This document shows positions 1 through 10,819 of a stretch of DNA of 64,000 nt, one piece after another (the first letter of the stretch is position 1; the number at the start of each line of letters is the position of its first letter). Both the position numbers and the translations under genes were made by a program. The notes beneath the pieces were generated by a model, which did not search any database, had not been told where the DNA came from, and was given only the letters and a program-made list of their open reading frames with translations. Source of the stretch: Emiliania huxleyi CCMP1516 (Eukaryota); the NCBI RefSeq assembly GCF_000372725.1, contig NW_005201183.1, forward strand, positions 5,972-69,971, written 5' to 3'.

Positions 1-11
1 TGGACGTACGC

Positions 12-210
12 CGAGAAGGGTCCGAGAAGGGTCCGAGGAGGGTCCGAGGAGGGTCCGAGGAGGGTCCGAGAGGGGTCCGAGGAGGGTCCGAGAAGGGTCC
101 GAGAGGGGTCCGAGGAGGGTCCGAGAAGGGTCCGAGAGGGTCCGAGAAGGGTCCGAGGAGGGTCCGAGAGGGTCCGAGAAGGGTCCGAGGAGGGTCCGAG
201 GAGGGTCGGA
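12..210. repeat. ~11-bp minisatellite (GGGTCCGAGRA), probably intronic in the SAP gene
   Basis: About 18 tandem units are visible, followed by a G-rich tract to ~330. Confidence 0.9.
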
Positions 211-339
211 GGAGGGGCAGCGGGGCAGCGGGGAGGGGCGTGGAGGGGGGAGGCGGGGAGGGGGGGGAGGCGGGGAGGGGGGGGAGGCGGGGAGGCGGGG
301 AGGCAGGGGGGGGGGGGGGAGGCGGGGAGGAGGTAGGCA

Positions 340-604
340 TTCGCCTTCTGGTGCTCTCCTCCGAGCGCCGCTTGCGTCACCGCGTCGTGGAGCGCGCCTA
401 GTGCCCAGGCTGGCTCAGTAGACCTAGTGGGTGTGTCACTTTCCACCGTACGGGTGTTGAATTGGCTAATGGGTGTTTTGGGGATGCTCGTGCTCGCAAG
501 CGCGCCATCCTCCGCCGAGAGGCCAGCCGGTGCCCCGTCGTACCAGGTCGAGTCGAGGTCGGCGCTGCCCCGCCGGTAGCCGCCAGTGCCAGTGTACCTG
601 CCCT

Positions 605-640
<36 letters not shown>

Positions 641-1346
641 CGCGCCCCCCCCGCCCGCCGCCCGCCGCCTCGCGCTCCGCCGACGCAAATAGGTCGTCAA
701 CCCAAGACGCCCCTCCTCCCCCTCCCCCTCCTCCTCCTCCCCCCCCTCCTCCTCCGCTGTCGGGCAGCGAGTCGAGCCCCTCGGCCCACTTCATCATGGC
801 GGGGTCGCCGCCGCCGCCGCCTCCCTCCGGCGCGTCGAGCCCAACCCTCCCCATCCCCTCCAGCTCGCCCAGCACTGCGTCGAGATCGTCCGGCCCGTCC
901 CACCCCGCGCCCGCGTCGAAGAAGAGGTCCGCCTCGGCGTCGGCGTCGAGCGCAGGCGGCGGCACGTCGAGCAGGTCGCCGAGGCCGAGCTCGCCGAGGT
1001 CGAGCTCGTCCGCCTCCTCGAACTCGAAGCCGCCCTCCCCGCCACCTGCCGTAGCAGGCGCCGCCTCAGCCTCGAGCAGCCGCGTCCGCAGCTCGTCGGC
1101 TTTGCCGCTCGCCGGCAGCCCCGCCTCCTGCGCGGCACAGGGCCGGTGAAGGTGCTGCTGTACATGCATCGAGAGAGAGAGAGATAGAGACGGCCACGCT
1201 GGTCTACTCGAGCGCACCTTGCAGGCCTGCTGGAGCTCTCGGTACGACATATCGCCCGCGGCCACGTCGAGCGTCACCGCGGCACGCGCGAGACCGATGG
1301 CCGGCGCGCGAGTCGGCGACCAGCCGATGGAGAGGAACGAGAGCAT
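340..1346 (-). CDS. SAP-domain protein (spliced; continues beyond the left edge)
   Basis: ATG at 1346. Removing GT-AG intron 1128-1217 gives MSYRELQQACK|EAGLPASGKADELRTRLL (SAP motif), then an acidic/Gly-rich region. A probable further exon lies at ~340-398. Not in the ORF track. Confidence 0.65.
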
Positions 1347-1687
1347 GTCGACGGGGAGAGGGCTGCTCGCTCGCAGACAGAGCGAGCTTCAGTTCGAAAG
1401 AAAAACGCGCTCCTGGTGCGTCGGCGCCAAAACAGTTGGAGCTGGCGGCGCGGCCGCGGCAGCCTTTGTGCGAGTTCTATCGATTCATCTTATTCTCAAT
1501 CCTCCCACCACAGCATCACCCCAGCACTGACCACTGCCCCCGCCCGCCCTCGCCCGCTCGCCCTCTCCCGCCCGCCCTCGCCCGCCCGCCCTCGCCCGCC
1601 CGCCCCCGCCCCCGCACTTGCACTTGCACTGCACTCACCCTCGAGCTCCGTCCCTGCTGCCCTCATCTCAATCTCGGCTCATCTAAA

Positions 1688-1807
1688 GAGGCTTCGGCCA
1701 GCGGGCTTCGGCCAACGAGGCTTCGGCCAACGAGAGGCTTCGGCCAACGATATTATTACTGCTCCGCTCAGCGCCGCGAGTCACAGACAGACAGACAGAC
1801 AGACAGA
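1688..1807. repeat. Four GGCTTCGGCCA(A)CG units plus an (AGAC)n microsatellite
   Basis: Directly visible in the intergenic region. Confidence 0.8.
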
Positions 1808-1909
1808 AAGCTCGGCCAAAGCCAGCGCAGGTGTTGTACATTTGCAGCATTCTCATTGTCTCACAAGCTGGGCCTACGGCTTTCTTGGATGAGTGCGGCG
1901 CTACAGCGG

Positions 1910-4257
1910 TCACTGCGGCCATTCGAAGAACTTCTGGAGCGCGGAGTTGACGATGGACTTTCCGTTACCATCGTGCGTGCCCTTCTCCGACGCCCTCCAG
2001 AAGTTGCACCTGCTGAGCCCCGACGCAGTGCCGTCGCCGGCCCGCCCCGGAGCCTTGAACAGGCCAGGGCGTGTGTGAGGGAGCTTTCGCATCTCCTGGA
2101 TGCCCAACGCGCGGAACTCGTTGATGAAGTCAGGGAAGGTGCGCTTGATGAAGGCTGCAACCGTTCCGATTCCTGCGTCCTCCCCCTTAGCGATCTTCAG
2201 GAGCTTCACGAACTCGTAGCGGTACGTAGTGCCGAGCTTCCGCTCCAGTTCCTTGGTAGACATAGCGCACGCCTCTGTCACCCACTTCGGGCACTTAAGG
2301 CCCCCCTCCGCCCCCGCCGCCCCGGCGTTCTCCTTGTCGGCGTCAGGCGGGACCAGCAGCGACGCGCTCTCGGCCTGCGCCCCCGCTGCCTGCGTCGCGC
2401 CCACCAGCAGCAACGTGTCCTCGGCCGCCTCAGGCGACAGGTCGTCGTCGAGCGCCTTCTCCACGGCGTCGGCGGCAACCTCCGCCGCCTCGGCCGCCTC
2501 GTGGAGCCACGCCCTCCGGATCGCGCGCTGGATGCGGACGGCGGCCGCCCGGCGTGCCTTCGTGCGCTGCATGGCGAGCTTCCGCACGGCGGTCGCGCAG
2601 CGCACGTTCGACTGGATCGAGACGATCGCGGCCATGGCAGAGGCGAAGGAGGCGCGAGGAGCCGACGCGCGCCACGCCGCCTGCACGCGCGTGGCGGCTG
2701 CCGCATCGAGAGCAAGCGCACGCCGAAGGGCCTGGCCGCGAAACACCGCCTGAAGACGGCGCGAGCAGCGCTGGCGACGCAGCTCCGAAGCCGCGGCGGC
2801 GCGGCGCACCGCCGCCTGCACACGCACTGCGGCGAGGGGCTGTGCCGCCTCGAGCTGCCGCTCGAGACACTGCACCTTGGCGAGCGCGGCCTCGTGCTGC
2901 TGCATCTCCGCCGAAACCTCCTCGCGGATGCGCCGCTCGTCGCCTGATAAATTAATCAAAGAATAATCAATTAATTGATTAATCATTTAATTACTCGTGG
3001 ATGCGCCGCTCGTCGCCAAGTCTCTCCGCCTCGACCTGCTGCAGCCGCTCCCGCAGCACCTTGAGCTCCGACTGCAGCGCCTGCTCTCTCGCGAGCTGCT
3101 CCGCCCTCGCTCGCTCCTCGTCGGCCAGGCGCGCCGCCTCCTCGGCAAAGAGCCGCTCGCCCCCCGGCTGGCGCGCCACCCGCGGCTTGGAGACGATCGT
3201 CCGCGCGCGCGAGACGGTGTAGAGCGTCGAGAGCGTCTCGACCGCATTCGGCTCGGCCGGCGAGGCGCAGGCGAGCATGAGCGTCTGGGTGGCGCCTGTC
3301 AAAACTCAATCTTTCTTAATGAAGAATGGAGAGGCGGCGGCGGTGGCGGGGCACAAGGGTCTGGGCGGCGCCTCCGAGGCGGCCGGCGAGGACCTTGGTG
3401 AGGGAGGAGCCGTTGTACGGCACGTGCGCCGCGCGCGTGCCCAGCGCGTGGAGCACGTGGTTGAGGTGGAAGAGCGACAGGTTGATTTGGATGCCCTCCT
3501 GCCGCACCTTTCCCTCGGTGCCGGCGCGCTTGGGGCGCTCCGAGCCGGCGAGGTCGACAAAGGTGAGCTTGGGCCGGAGCTTGCCGGAGGCGCCCTCGCT
3601 CTTCGGGTCCGCCAGACTCAGCTCCACCGAGAGCACCGCGTGTGACCGCGACGAGTGCTCGTTGAGCCGCGTGCTGCTGGTGGCGCGCGCCGCGGCGCCG
3701 CTGGCGAGCAGCGCCGTCAAGTCGGCGGCGGACTTGAGCTCGCGGCTTGCGGCGGGGAGGCCCCAGCCCGCGCCGTCCCGCTTGAGGTGCAGCCGGGGCA
3801 GCTCGCCGTCCGCCGCCGCCGCCGCCAGCAGGTCGTGCACCGCGTCCTCGTAGATTTGAACAAAGCTCGCGTGCACGGAGGCGCCGGGCGGCAGCCGCTC
3901 AAAGATCTGCTTGACCGACATCTGGATGAGGCCGTCCACGCGGGCGCCCGTGCCCGATCCCATCGTGTGCGTCTTCCCCGAGCCGGTCTGCCCGTACGCG
4001 AGCACCGTCGCGTTGCAGCCCCGCAGCACGTTCGGGAGCAGCGTCGGCGCGATGCACGCGTCATAGACGGACGAGATGCCACCTTCGGGGCCGCCCACGT
4101 GGTCAAAGACGAAGGGAAACGGCGCGCTGTCGAGCACCACCTCGGGCTTCTCCGGCTGCGGCTGGTGCAGGCACTCGGAGCCGCGTGGCTCGTGCGGCAG
4201 CAGCGGCCGCACGACGAGCGCGACCTGGACGTGCTCGGAGCGACGCGTTGACACCAT
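1910..4257 (-). CDS. Kinesin motor protein with coiled coil and IQ-like motifs (3 exons)
   Basis: Motifs GQTGSGKT, NEHSSRSH, DLAGSE and HVPY. GC-AG introns 3296-3371 and 2944-3016 restore the frame (LGG|ATQTLMLACASP; LG|DERRIREE). The start may be further upstream (4473). Confidence 0.85.
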
Positions 4258-4482
4258 CTCGCCATCCGCGTTCGGGCCGCAACTGGGATTCCCCCTGCGC
4301 GGGCGGACGGGGGGAGTGGTTGGACCCGGGCGATGGCACCACGGGGACGAGGAAGAGATGCCTCGCCTCCGCGGGGTGGCCGGAGACCCCATTCGCATTG
4401 TGGTTGGTCCTGCGAGGCCACGGGAGAAGTGACGGCGTTGGCGGTGGCCGCGGGCAAGGGATGGCGCAGTCATCGGGAGAGG

Positions 4483-4515
<33 letters not shown>

Positions 4516-4828
4516 GGCGCCGGCCGCGGCGGCGCGGGGCGCGGGGCACCACACGTCGGCGAGTTTTGGGGCCGTTCAAGCACCTGGAATGGAGGGTAAG
4601 CCCGCTGACCGTGGGGGCGGAGCGCTGTTCTTCTTTTTTCCATCCGCTGTTGAGCGTGAAGATGGTTGGTTGGTCTCTGGGAGGAGGTTTTACAACTCAA
4701 GTCCTCTGGAGAGCATTTTTCCAAAAGGGTATGGCGAGTTCGCCGTCGAAGGGACAGGGACGTGTCCAAAGATAAACGTCACGATCGCCTCACCGATTCG
4801 AGGCGGCGTTGCTGGCTCTGTGCTGGCG

Positions 4829-5808
4829 ATGCACAGGTTGCTCGCTCTACGCTCTCGCTGCCATGAACGGCGATCCCTTCTCGACCGACCCAGTGGTGCA
4901 AGAGGACTACAACCTCTTCCCGATGCGCTGCGACGCAGCCTCATGGCCGTGCACTCAACCCGTCGTTCGAAGCACAGCGCCAGCCCGTGGCGACCAGAGA
5001 TGGACGCTTTTGTGCTATTACGCCATGTTCGCGACAAAATCTCATTACCAAAGGTGGCAGAGCAGTGGCCGTTTCCACCACCTGCAAAAAAGTCGCGTGC
5101 AATTCTGCGTCGATGGCAAGATGTGCTCCGAGGCCTCGCCGGTATCGACGAGCTGATGTGCGGAATGTGCGAGGAGCAAGAAATGAGCGAGACGCAGCTG
5201 AACAGCACCGAGGTAAGCCTGCAGCCGTGGATCGAGGACGCTCTCGTGAAGCTGCACGCGCGAAATACGTGTCGATGAACTCAAACTACACTCCGTGGAC
5301 GATCGAGGAGGACCACCTTCTGTTGCTCTCGTACCAGAGCGGCGCGAAGATCACTGAGATTCGCGTGAGTAGCCGATCCGCCGAAGCAATCAAGCTCCAG
5401 CTACGCCGATTTCAGAACGTCACGCCACGGGTACGCGACGCGCACCACAAGAGCCGCTGCGACCCGGAGGCGCCGTATCAGTACCTGCAGCACGACATAT
5501 GCTCGACCCTCGCTCTACCGATGTGCAGCGGCGGTACACTATTGCATCGTCGTCCCAACGCTGAGTCTCCTTCTCCTGCTGGTGGGCTCTGGCCTGTGCC
5601 TCGAGGCCTGTGCAGTGGCAGTGACCACAATCCATTATCACCCCGCCTCACTCAGCGGAGCGCGGGAAGGCCAGAACCCAGAAGCCACTTGCACTTCCTT
5701 TCGAGTCTTTACTCTTTTCGGACGCGGCTGCGCTGGCCTCGGCAGCTTTTTAGCGGCGGCGAGCTTGTTCTTGGAGAGAGTAACTCAGCCGCTCAATATA
5801 TACAATAA
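4829..5808 (+). pseudogene. Myb/SANT-like repeats split across two frames
   Basis: SPWRPEMDAFVLL...AILRRWQDVL lies in one frame and PWTIEEDHLLL...RSAEAIK in the next. The frames overlap at ATGA 5275-5278. Confidence 0.4.
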
Positions 5809-6359
5809 AAACAGACCTAACCGACAGAACACCTCGTTCATGTTCTCCTCCACGCGCAGAGTGGTAATTTCTCGCAGCTGCGAGACAAGTTTTCTCGGAG
5901 CGACAGCCTCAAAGACAAAAGGGTGGATGGGTGGGGGACGATTGCGGGCGAGCGCCAGCGCGCCCCAGGAACGGTGGGGTGCCCTCGACCGCGCGTCCGA
6001 GTCACTTGGGCGGATGAGCGAGCGGCACATGGCCCGACAAAGAGAAATCGGAGTCTGGCGACGAGATCGATAAAAGAAGTGCAGCGTTTCCTCTGAGGTG
6101 CCTCAGAGGTGCGCCACACCTCTGAAGGTGTCTTTCAGAGGTGTACTTCAGGAGCAGAGCTGACGTCAGTCTGTGCGCGCTCCCTCTCTCCTCGTCGAAA
6201 CTCCATTTTCTCGCATCTTGGCTCTCTCAGCCCCAGCTTTGAGCGCCGCGGGCCGCGGGCCGGGCGCGGGGCGCGACACTATAGCTTGTGCCGAGACCCA
6301 CCATGCAAAAGGATCAGCCGAACGCAGCGCGCTAACGCGCTGCTGGCCGCCCATCCGGC

Positions 6360-6586
6360 TCAGCGGTGCAGCGAGCACCGGCGGTTGGCGCAGCGCGAAG
6401 CCGGCGCCGGCTTGCCCCAGCCGCAGTTACGGCACTCGTATGGCATCTCGTCGTCCTCCCAGTCTTCGTCGGTTGTGTCGGAGGACGAGATCCCCTCCTC
6501 GGTCTCCTCGGTGTAGTCGGAGGACGAGTAGTCGTCGTCGTCGTCCTCCTCCTCGCCGTCGTCCTCGCTGTCGTCCTCGCCCTCGC

Positions 6587-6623
<37 letters not shown>

Positions 6624-7123
6624 CTCGCCTCCCTCCTCGTCGACCAGCGCCGCACCGTCCTCATCGCCGTCTGCGCCCTCCTCGGCTCTACCTTCATCGT
6701 CTTGCGCCTCAGATGGCCCCGCCTGCTGCAGAGAACAAACGTGAGTACACGGTGCGCGGATTGTGGCAACGCGCACGGCGTCGCACCTCGGCCCCGGAAG
6801 CCGAGGCAAGCTCCTGGAAGCGCGCGCGCGTCAGCCGCGCCTCCTCTTTTGCCTCCTCATACTGTCGCTTGGTCTTGCGCTCCTTGTCCTCCGCATCGGC
6901 CTGCAGCACTGCTGCAGCATACCGTGCGGCAGACTCAGCGTCAGCGGTCCCGGCGGCGGTCGCCGCCGACGCGGCGGCGGTCGCCGACGCCGCGGCGGTG
7001 GTCGCCGCCGACGCGGCGGCGGCCGACGCCGCGTCAGCGGCGACCTTCTCTCTGTCGGCGGTGTCCTTCTCCGCCCGGATGCGTTCAATTCTCCTGCTCC
7101 AAGTTGAAGACGACGGGTGCCAT
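6360..7123 (-). CDS. Coiled-coil/acidic protein with C-terminal Cys zinc ribbon (apparent +1 frameshift near 7088)
   Basis: MAPVVFNLEQE/IERIRAEK joins if one A is removed. GT-AG intron at ~6725-6786. Asp/Glu tract followed by YECRNCG...RCANRRC. Confidence 0.55.
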
Positions 7124-9456
7124 CGCACGGGCGACTGCGGGGCGCGGCGGAGGGCTTGCACAGGCGCGTGGGCGCGCGGCGCGCGCGCGCGGGCTCGCTA
7201 GCGGGGTGCGGTGGGCGAGGTGGTAGCGGAGTCGGGTATCACCGGAATGGAGGGTAGGATTCCTATCTGCCCATAGGGGTGGTTGAGGGGTTGAGGGTTG
7301 AGGCCCCCCCTCAACCATCTGGTTGACGGTTGAGACCCCCCGTCAACCCTTTAGTTGGGGGTTGAGGCCTCCAGGGCCTACTCTATTCACAGGCTCGCGC
7401 GTGATCACAACACACAAGATAAACTGGAACAGCCCCTGCCGCCAAAAAATCGCTTCGCCTGCGGCGCGCTCTTGCGCTCCTCGTACCTCGAGCGCAATCC
7501 ATAAGTAGGAGACGCTCACTGTCGCCATTCAGGCGCCTGATCTTTCAGCAAAGCGATGGCCTACCTGGTACGAGTTCAGATGCGCGCCCGGCAGAAGACG
7601 CGTGTGATGCCGCATGCAGTGGAATGCGCACAGAGAACGGACGGCAAGAGAAGGCAAGGGAAGGAAGAGAAACGGCTGGTGAAGCTCAGCTCACGGCGTA
7701 GTACTGCGTAAGCAACCGCGGTCACTAACCATCCACGGCAAGAGTCACGGGTGAATGCTGCCGCATAAAGCAACAGAGTCGCGCTTGGCGCGATGGTCTT
7801 GTCGCGGTTCACGACTTGACGTTGCACACGGTCATAGACGCAGGATCTATTTGGCGAGTCTCAAGCAGCAAAAGTAGGCGCGAGAAATTAATGTCGATCC
7901 TGAGATCTCAATTTTGGCGCTAGTTTCGTTTTCTGGTACATCACGACGACTTGCTTGGGTCTCATGTAGCTCGACGGCTCTTGGACGGCTCTTTCTGGTT
8001 GCTTGGATCAGACAGTGCTATCAGTCAGCAACGCAATGCCGAGAGCAGGGCGGCCTTCGAGGAGGGTCAACTAAGCTCCTGCTGCATATCGAGCATGGAA
8101 GGCGGCCATTGCTGATTGCTCAAACCTGTTCGAGTTGGCCTCCGGGAACAAGGGTGCGTGGCCGGCGCGGTCTGGTTCACGTGCAATGAGGGTAACGCCA
8201 TCAAAATCGCGATCATGGGCCGACATGCCTCCGACATTTCTCAAGGCCCGGACGGAAGCTCTGGCCTCTGCAGACAGCCAGACCGCTCTGCGCGGTCGGA
8301 CCGACTTTTTCAGACTTTACTATTCTGGATACTGAGGGTATGTGCTGCTAGATCTCACTGAGCTGAGCTCGTATCTGCCTTTTGCAAAAGAGTTTTGAGT
8401 TCGGTAATGTCTCCGGAGACGGAGGGCCGCGTCCGCGGACGGCCATGACTCGGCCGGGACCGCCCCGTGGGGGCCTTCGATGCACGATGGCTGTCAGCGC
8501 CATTCCGGGCTTTGCATCACACCTCCCATTCACGCACGGAGGTCGTAGCTGAAGCAAGTACTCGTAAAAACGGCGCGTCAAATGCAGCATCCAGGCGTCT
8601 AAAGAAGACGACATGAATCGTCTCACAGATAATGTGTGTTCAGACCTTTGCGCGGGGGGTGTGAACAGCCATTCCGCGTGGTTGAGGGGTTGAAGGGGTC
8701 TGTCAACCACTTGGTTGAGGGTTGAGGCCTCTGTCAACCACGTGGTTGACAGGTGAGAAGAGAGAGAGAGTCGTGATTTCTTGTTGGTTAATAAAAATCT
8801 CTCTCACAGGTGAGGCAATCGGCCTCAACCACCGCTATGAGTAGATTCCTAAGCCCGCTGACCGTGAGGCGGGAGCGAGGATCTCGGAGGCCCTTCCGAC
8901 CCCTCTCGAGCCCTCCCGCCACGAAGATCCTCCCTTTGTCCGACCGTCCCTCCGAGCCCACCCGGCGCCCGAGCCCTCTTGCCTATCACCCGAGCTCGGG
9001 GGGGGCGGCGAGCCCTCCTGGACCCCACCACCCCTCCCGCCTCGCCCAGCCCTCCTGACCCCTCTCCCCGGTGGACCGCTCCACCCTCCCAGCGCGCTAG
9101 CCCTATGGGACCCTGTGGAGCCCTCCCGACGCCGATCCGACGGGGACCCCTCCAGCCCTGTGGGCTGGCGAGCCCTCCGGTCGGAGGGGTGGAAGTGGGA
9201 GGGCTCGAGGACGGACCCCTCTCGCTCCGGGAGGGTGGAGGGGTGGAGGGTGGAGGGGTGGAGGGGTGGTTGAGCCCTCTAGCTCTATCGATATAGCCCT
9301 ACCCCTCCCGCCGTTTTAGGGCTTGCCCACCCGCTATGCTATCAGTTTGTACACCGCAAGAGAGTCAGCTGTTCCCACAGCAGGCTGGAAGTACCCGGGT
9401 ACCTCGCCAGCCTGAGGGACGCTTGGGAGGAGCGCCATCTTCTCTCGTTTCCCAAA

Positions 9457-10422
9457 ATGGCGACGGCGTCCACGACAGCCGTCGCCCAGCAGGCCGTGGA
9501 CACGACTCTCGTCTCCTTGATCGACGACCACCTGACGCACACGTTTTCATTCCTCAAGCTCGAAGACCTCATCCACGCGAGCTCGGCGTGCAAGCAGTTT
9601 GAGGCGCTGATCAACAACGAGCGACGCCTCTGGTCTCACATCGTCTTCCCCAAGGCCGCCTCCAAGGTGATCACAGACTGCCAGCTGGCGGCCCTACTCA
9701 CACGCGTGCACGCCAAAGAGTGCACGACGCTGCTCCGCCTCCACTTCAGCGACATCAGCGGCCGCGGCCTTCTCCCTCTGTGCTCGGGTGCGCTCATCAC
9801 CCTCGATCTGCGCCAGACACACGGGCCTTGCGCGCACTACCCAAATGAGCGCACATACTGGGACGGCGAGGCGCTCGTGACGCTGCTGACGAGCCTCGAG
9901 GAAGGCGACACCGCAGGCGGCCACGGCATTCATGTTTTCCTACCCACAGTCATGGAGCCAGACAGCGTGGGCCACCCGTGGGTGCCGCTCGTGTCCGACG
10001 AGGCGACGGAACGGCGCATCAGGGGCACAATGCTGTCTCTGAAGGCGATGGGACAGCAGGCGTGCTGCATGTGCGACGGCAGCGACGAGGACTCCGCGTC
10101 AGACAGCGGCGCAGCCGTCGAGGAATGCTCGGTCTGCCTCAAGACCCACTGCACAAGCTGCGCCGGCTTCTACTTCTGTACGGCGTGCTCGTTCACCGCC
10201 TGCGAGGCGTGCGCTACCGACCTGCCCAAGAAATACTCCTGTGACAACGGAGATCAGTGCCGCGGGATGTGGCGCTGCGATGTCTGCGAAAACATCCCGG
10301 GGACTTGCTTCGGCTGCGGAGGCAAGTTTTGTGACAGCTGCGGCCGACAGGACGACGAGACGCCTGAGGCCGAGTTTTACTGCAAGCGCTGCGAGGCCGA
10401 GTACTGGGAAAACAACGACTGA
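9457..10422 (+). CDS. F-box protein with C-terminal Cys-rich (CxxC repeat) domain
   Basis: LIDDHLTHTFSFLKLEDLIHASSACKQF...LWSHI is an F-box pattern. Many CxxC pairs. Single exon. Confidence 0.8.
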   Translation: MATASTTAVAQQAVDTTLVSLIDDHLTHTFSFLKLEDLIHASSACKQFEALINNERRLWSHIVFPKAASKVITDCQLAALLTRVHAKECTTLLRLHFSDISGRGLLPLCSGALITLDLRQTHGPCAHYPNERTYWDGEALVTLLTSLEEGDTAGGHGIHVFLPTVMEPDSVGHPWVPLVSDEATERRIRGTMLSLKAMGQQACCMCDGSDEDSASDSGAAVEECSVCLKTHCTSCAGFYFCTACSFTACEACATDLPKKYSCDNGDQCRGMWRCDVCENIPGTCFGCGGKFCDSCGRQDDETPEAEFYCKRCEAEYWENND

Positions 10423-10819
10423 CATGCGCACGGCTCGCGATCCGAGGTAGTGGACTCGTCGAGAGACGTCTCTCTCGGAGTCTGGCTCCGGCTTCACACC
10501 TTCACTTGAGCATCTCTCCATATGCGTCTCCATGGCCGGAACGGAACCGTCAGCGTTTCGCCCGGCTGGTGCGTGGTGGTCTCGCGCGGTTTTATTTTGG
10601 ATCACAGAACACTTGCGGAGAGCTGTGGTGGAGAGTTGTGGGGGAACGCCTCCTTTCGCAAGATTTTCCTTGCATGCTCAAGGTACAACGCCCCAGGGCC
10701 CTGCAGTAGGTGCCCCCTATTTTCATCTTTGTTCGCTTCGCTGCGCGGCCTGGGGATAGGTAGGCGTTGGCAAGACCCCCTATCTGGCAAGGAGCCGGAA
10801 ACCCGCACGTGGGCGTCCA

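Noticed and set aside
1688..1750. Short regularly spaced repeats as a CRISPR or iteron array
   Set aside because: Adjacent tandem units with no unique spacers.
7400..8680. Possible transposase remnant in a lower-GC stretch
   Set aside because: No long ORF or recognisable catalytic motif.
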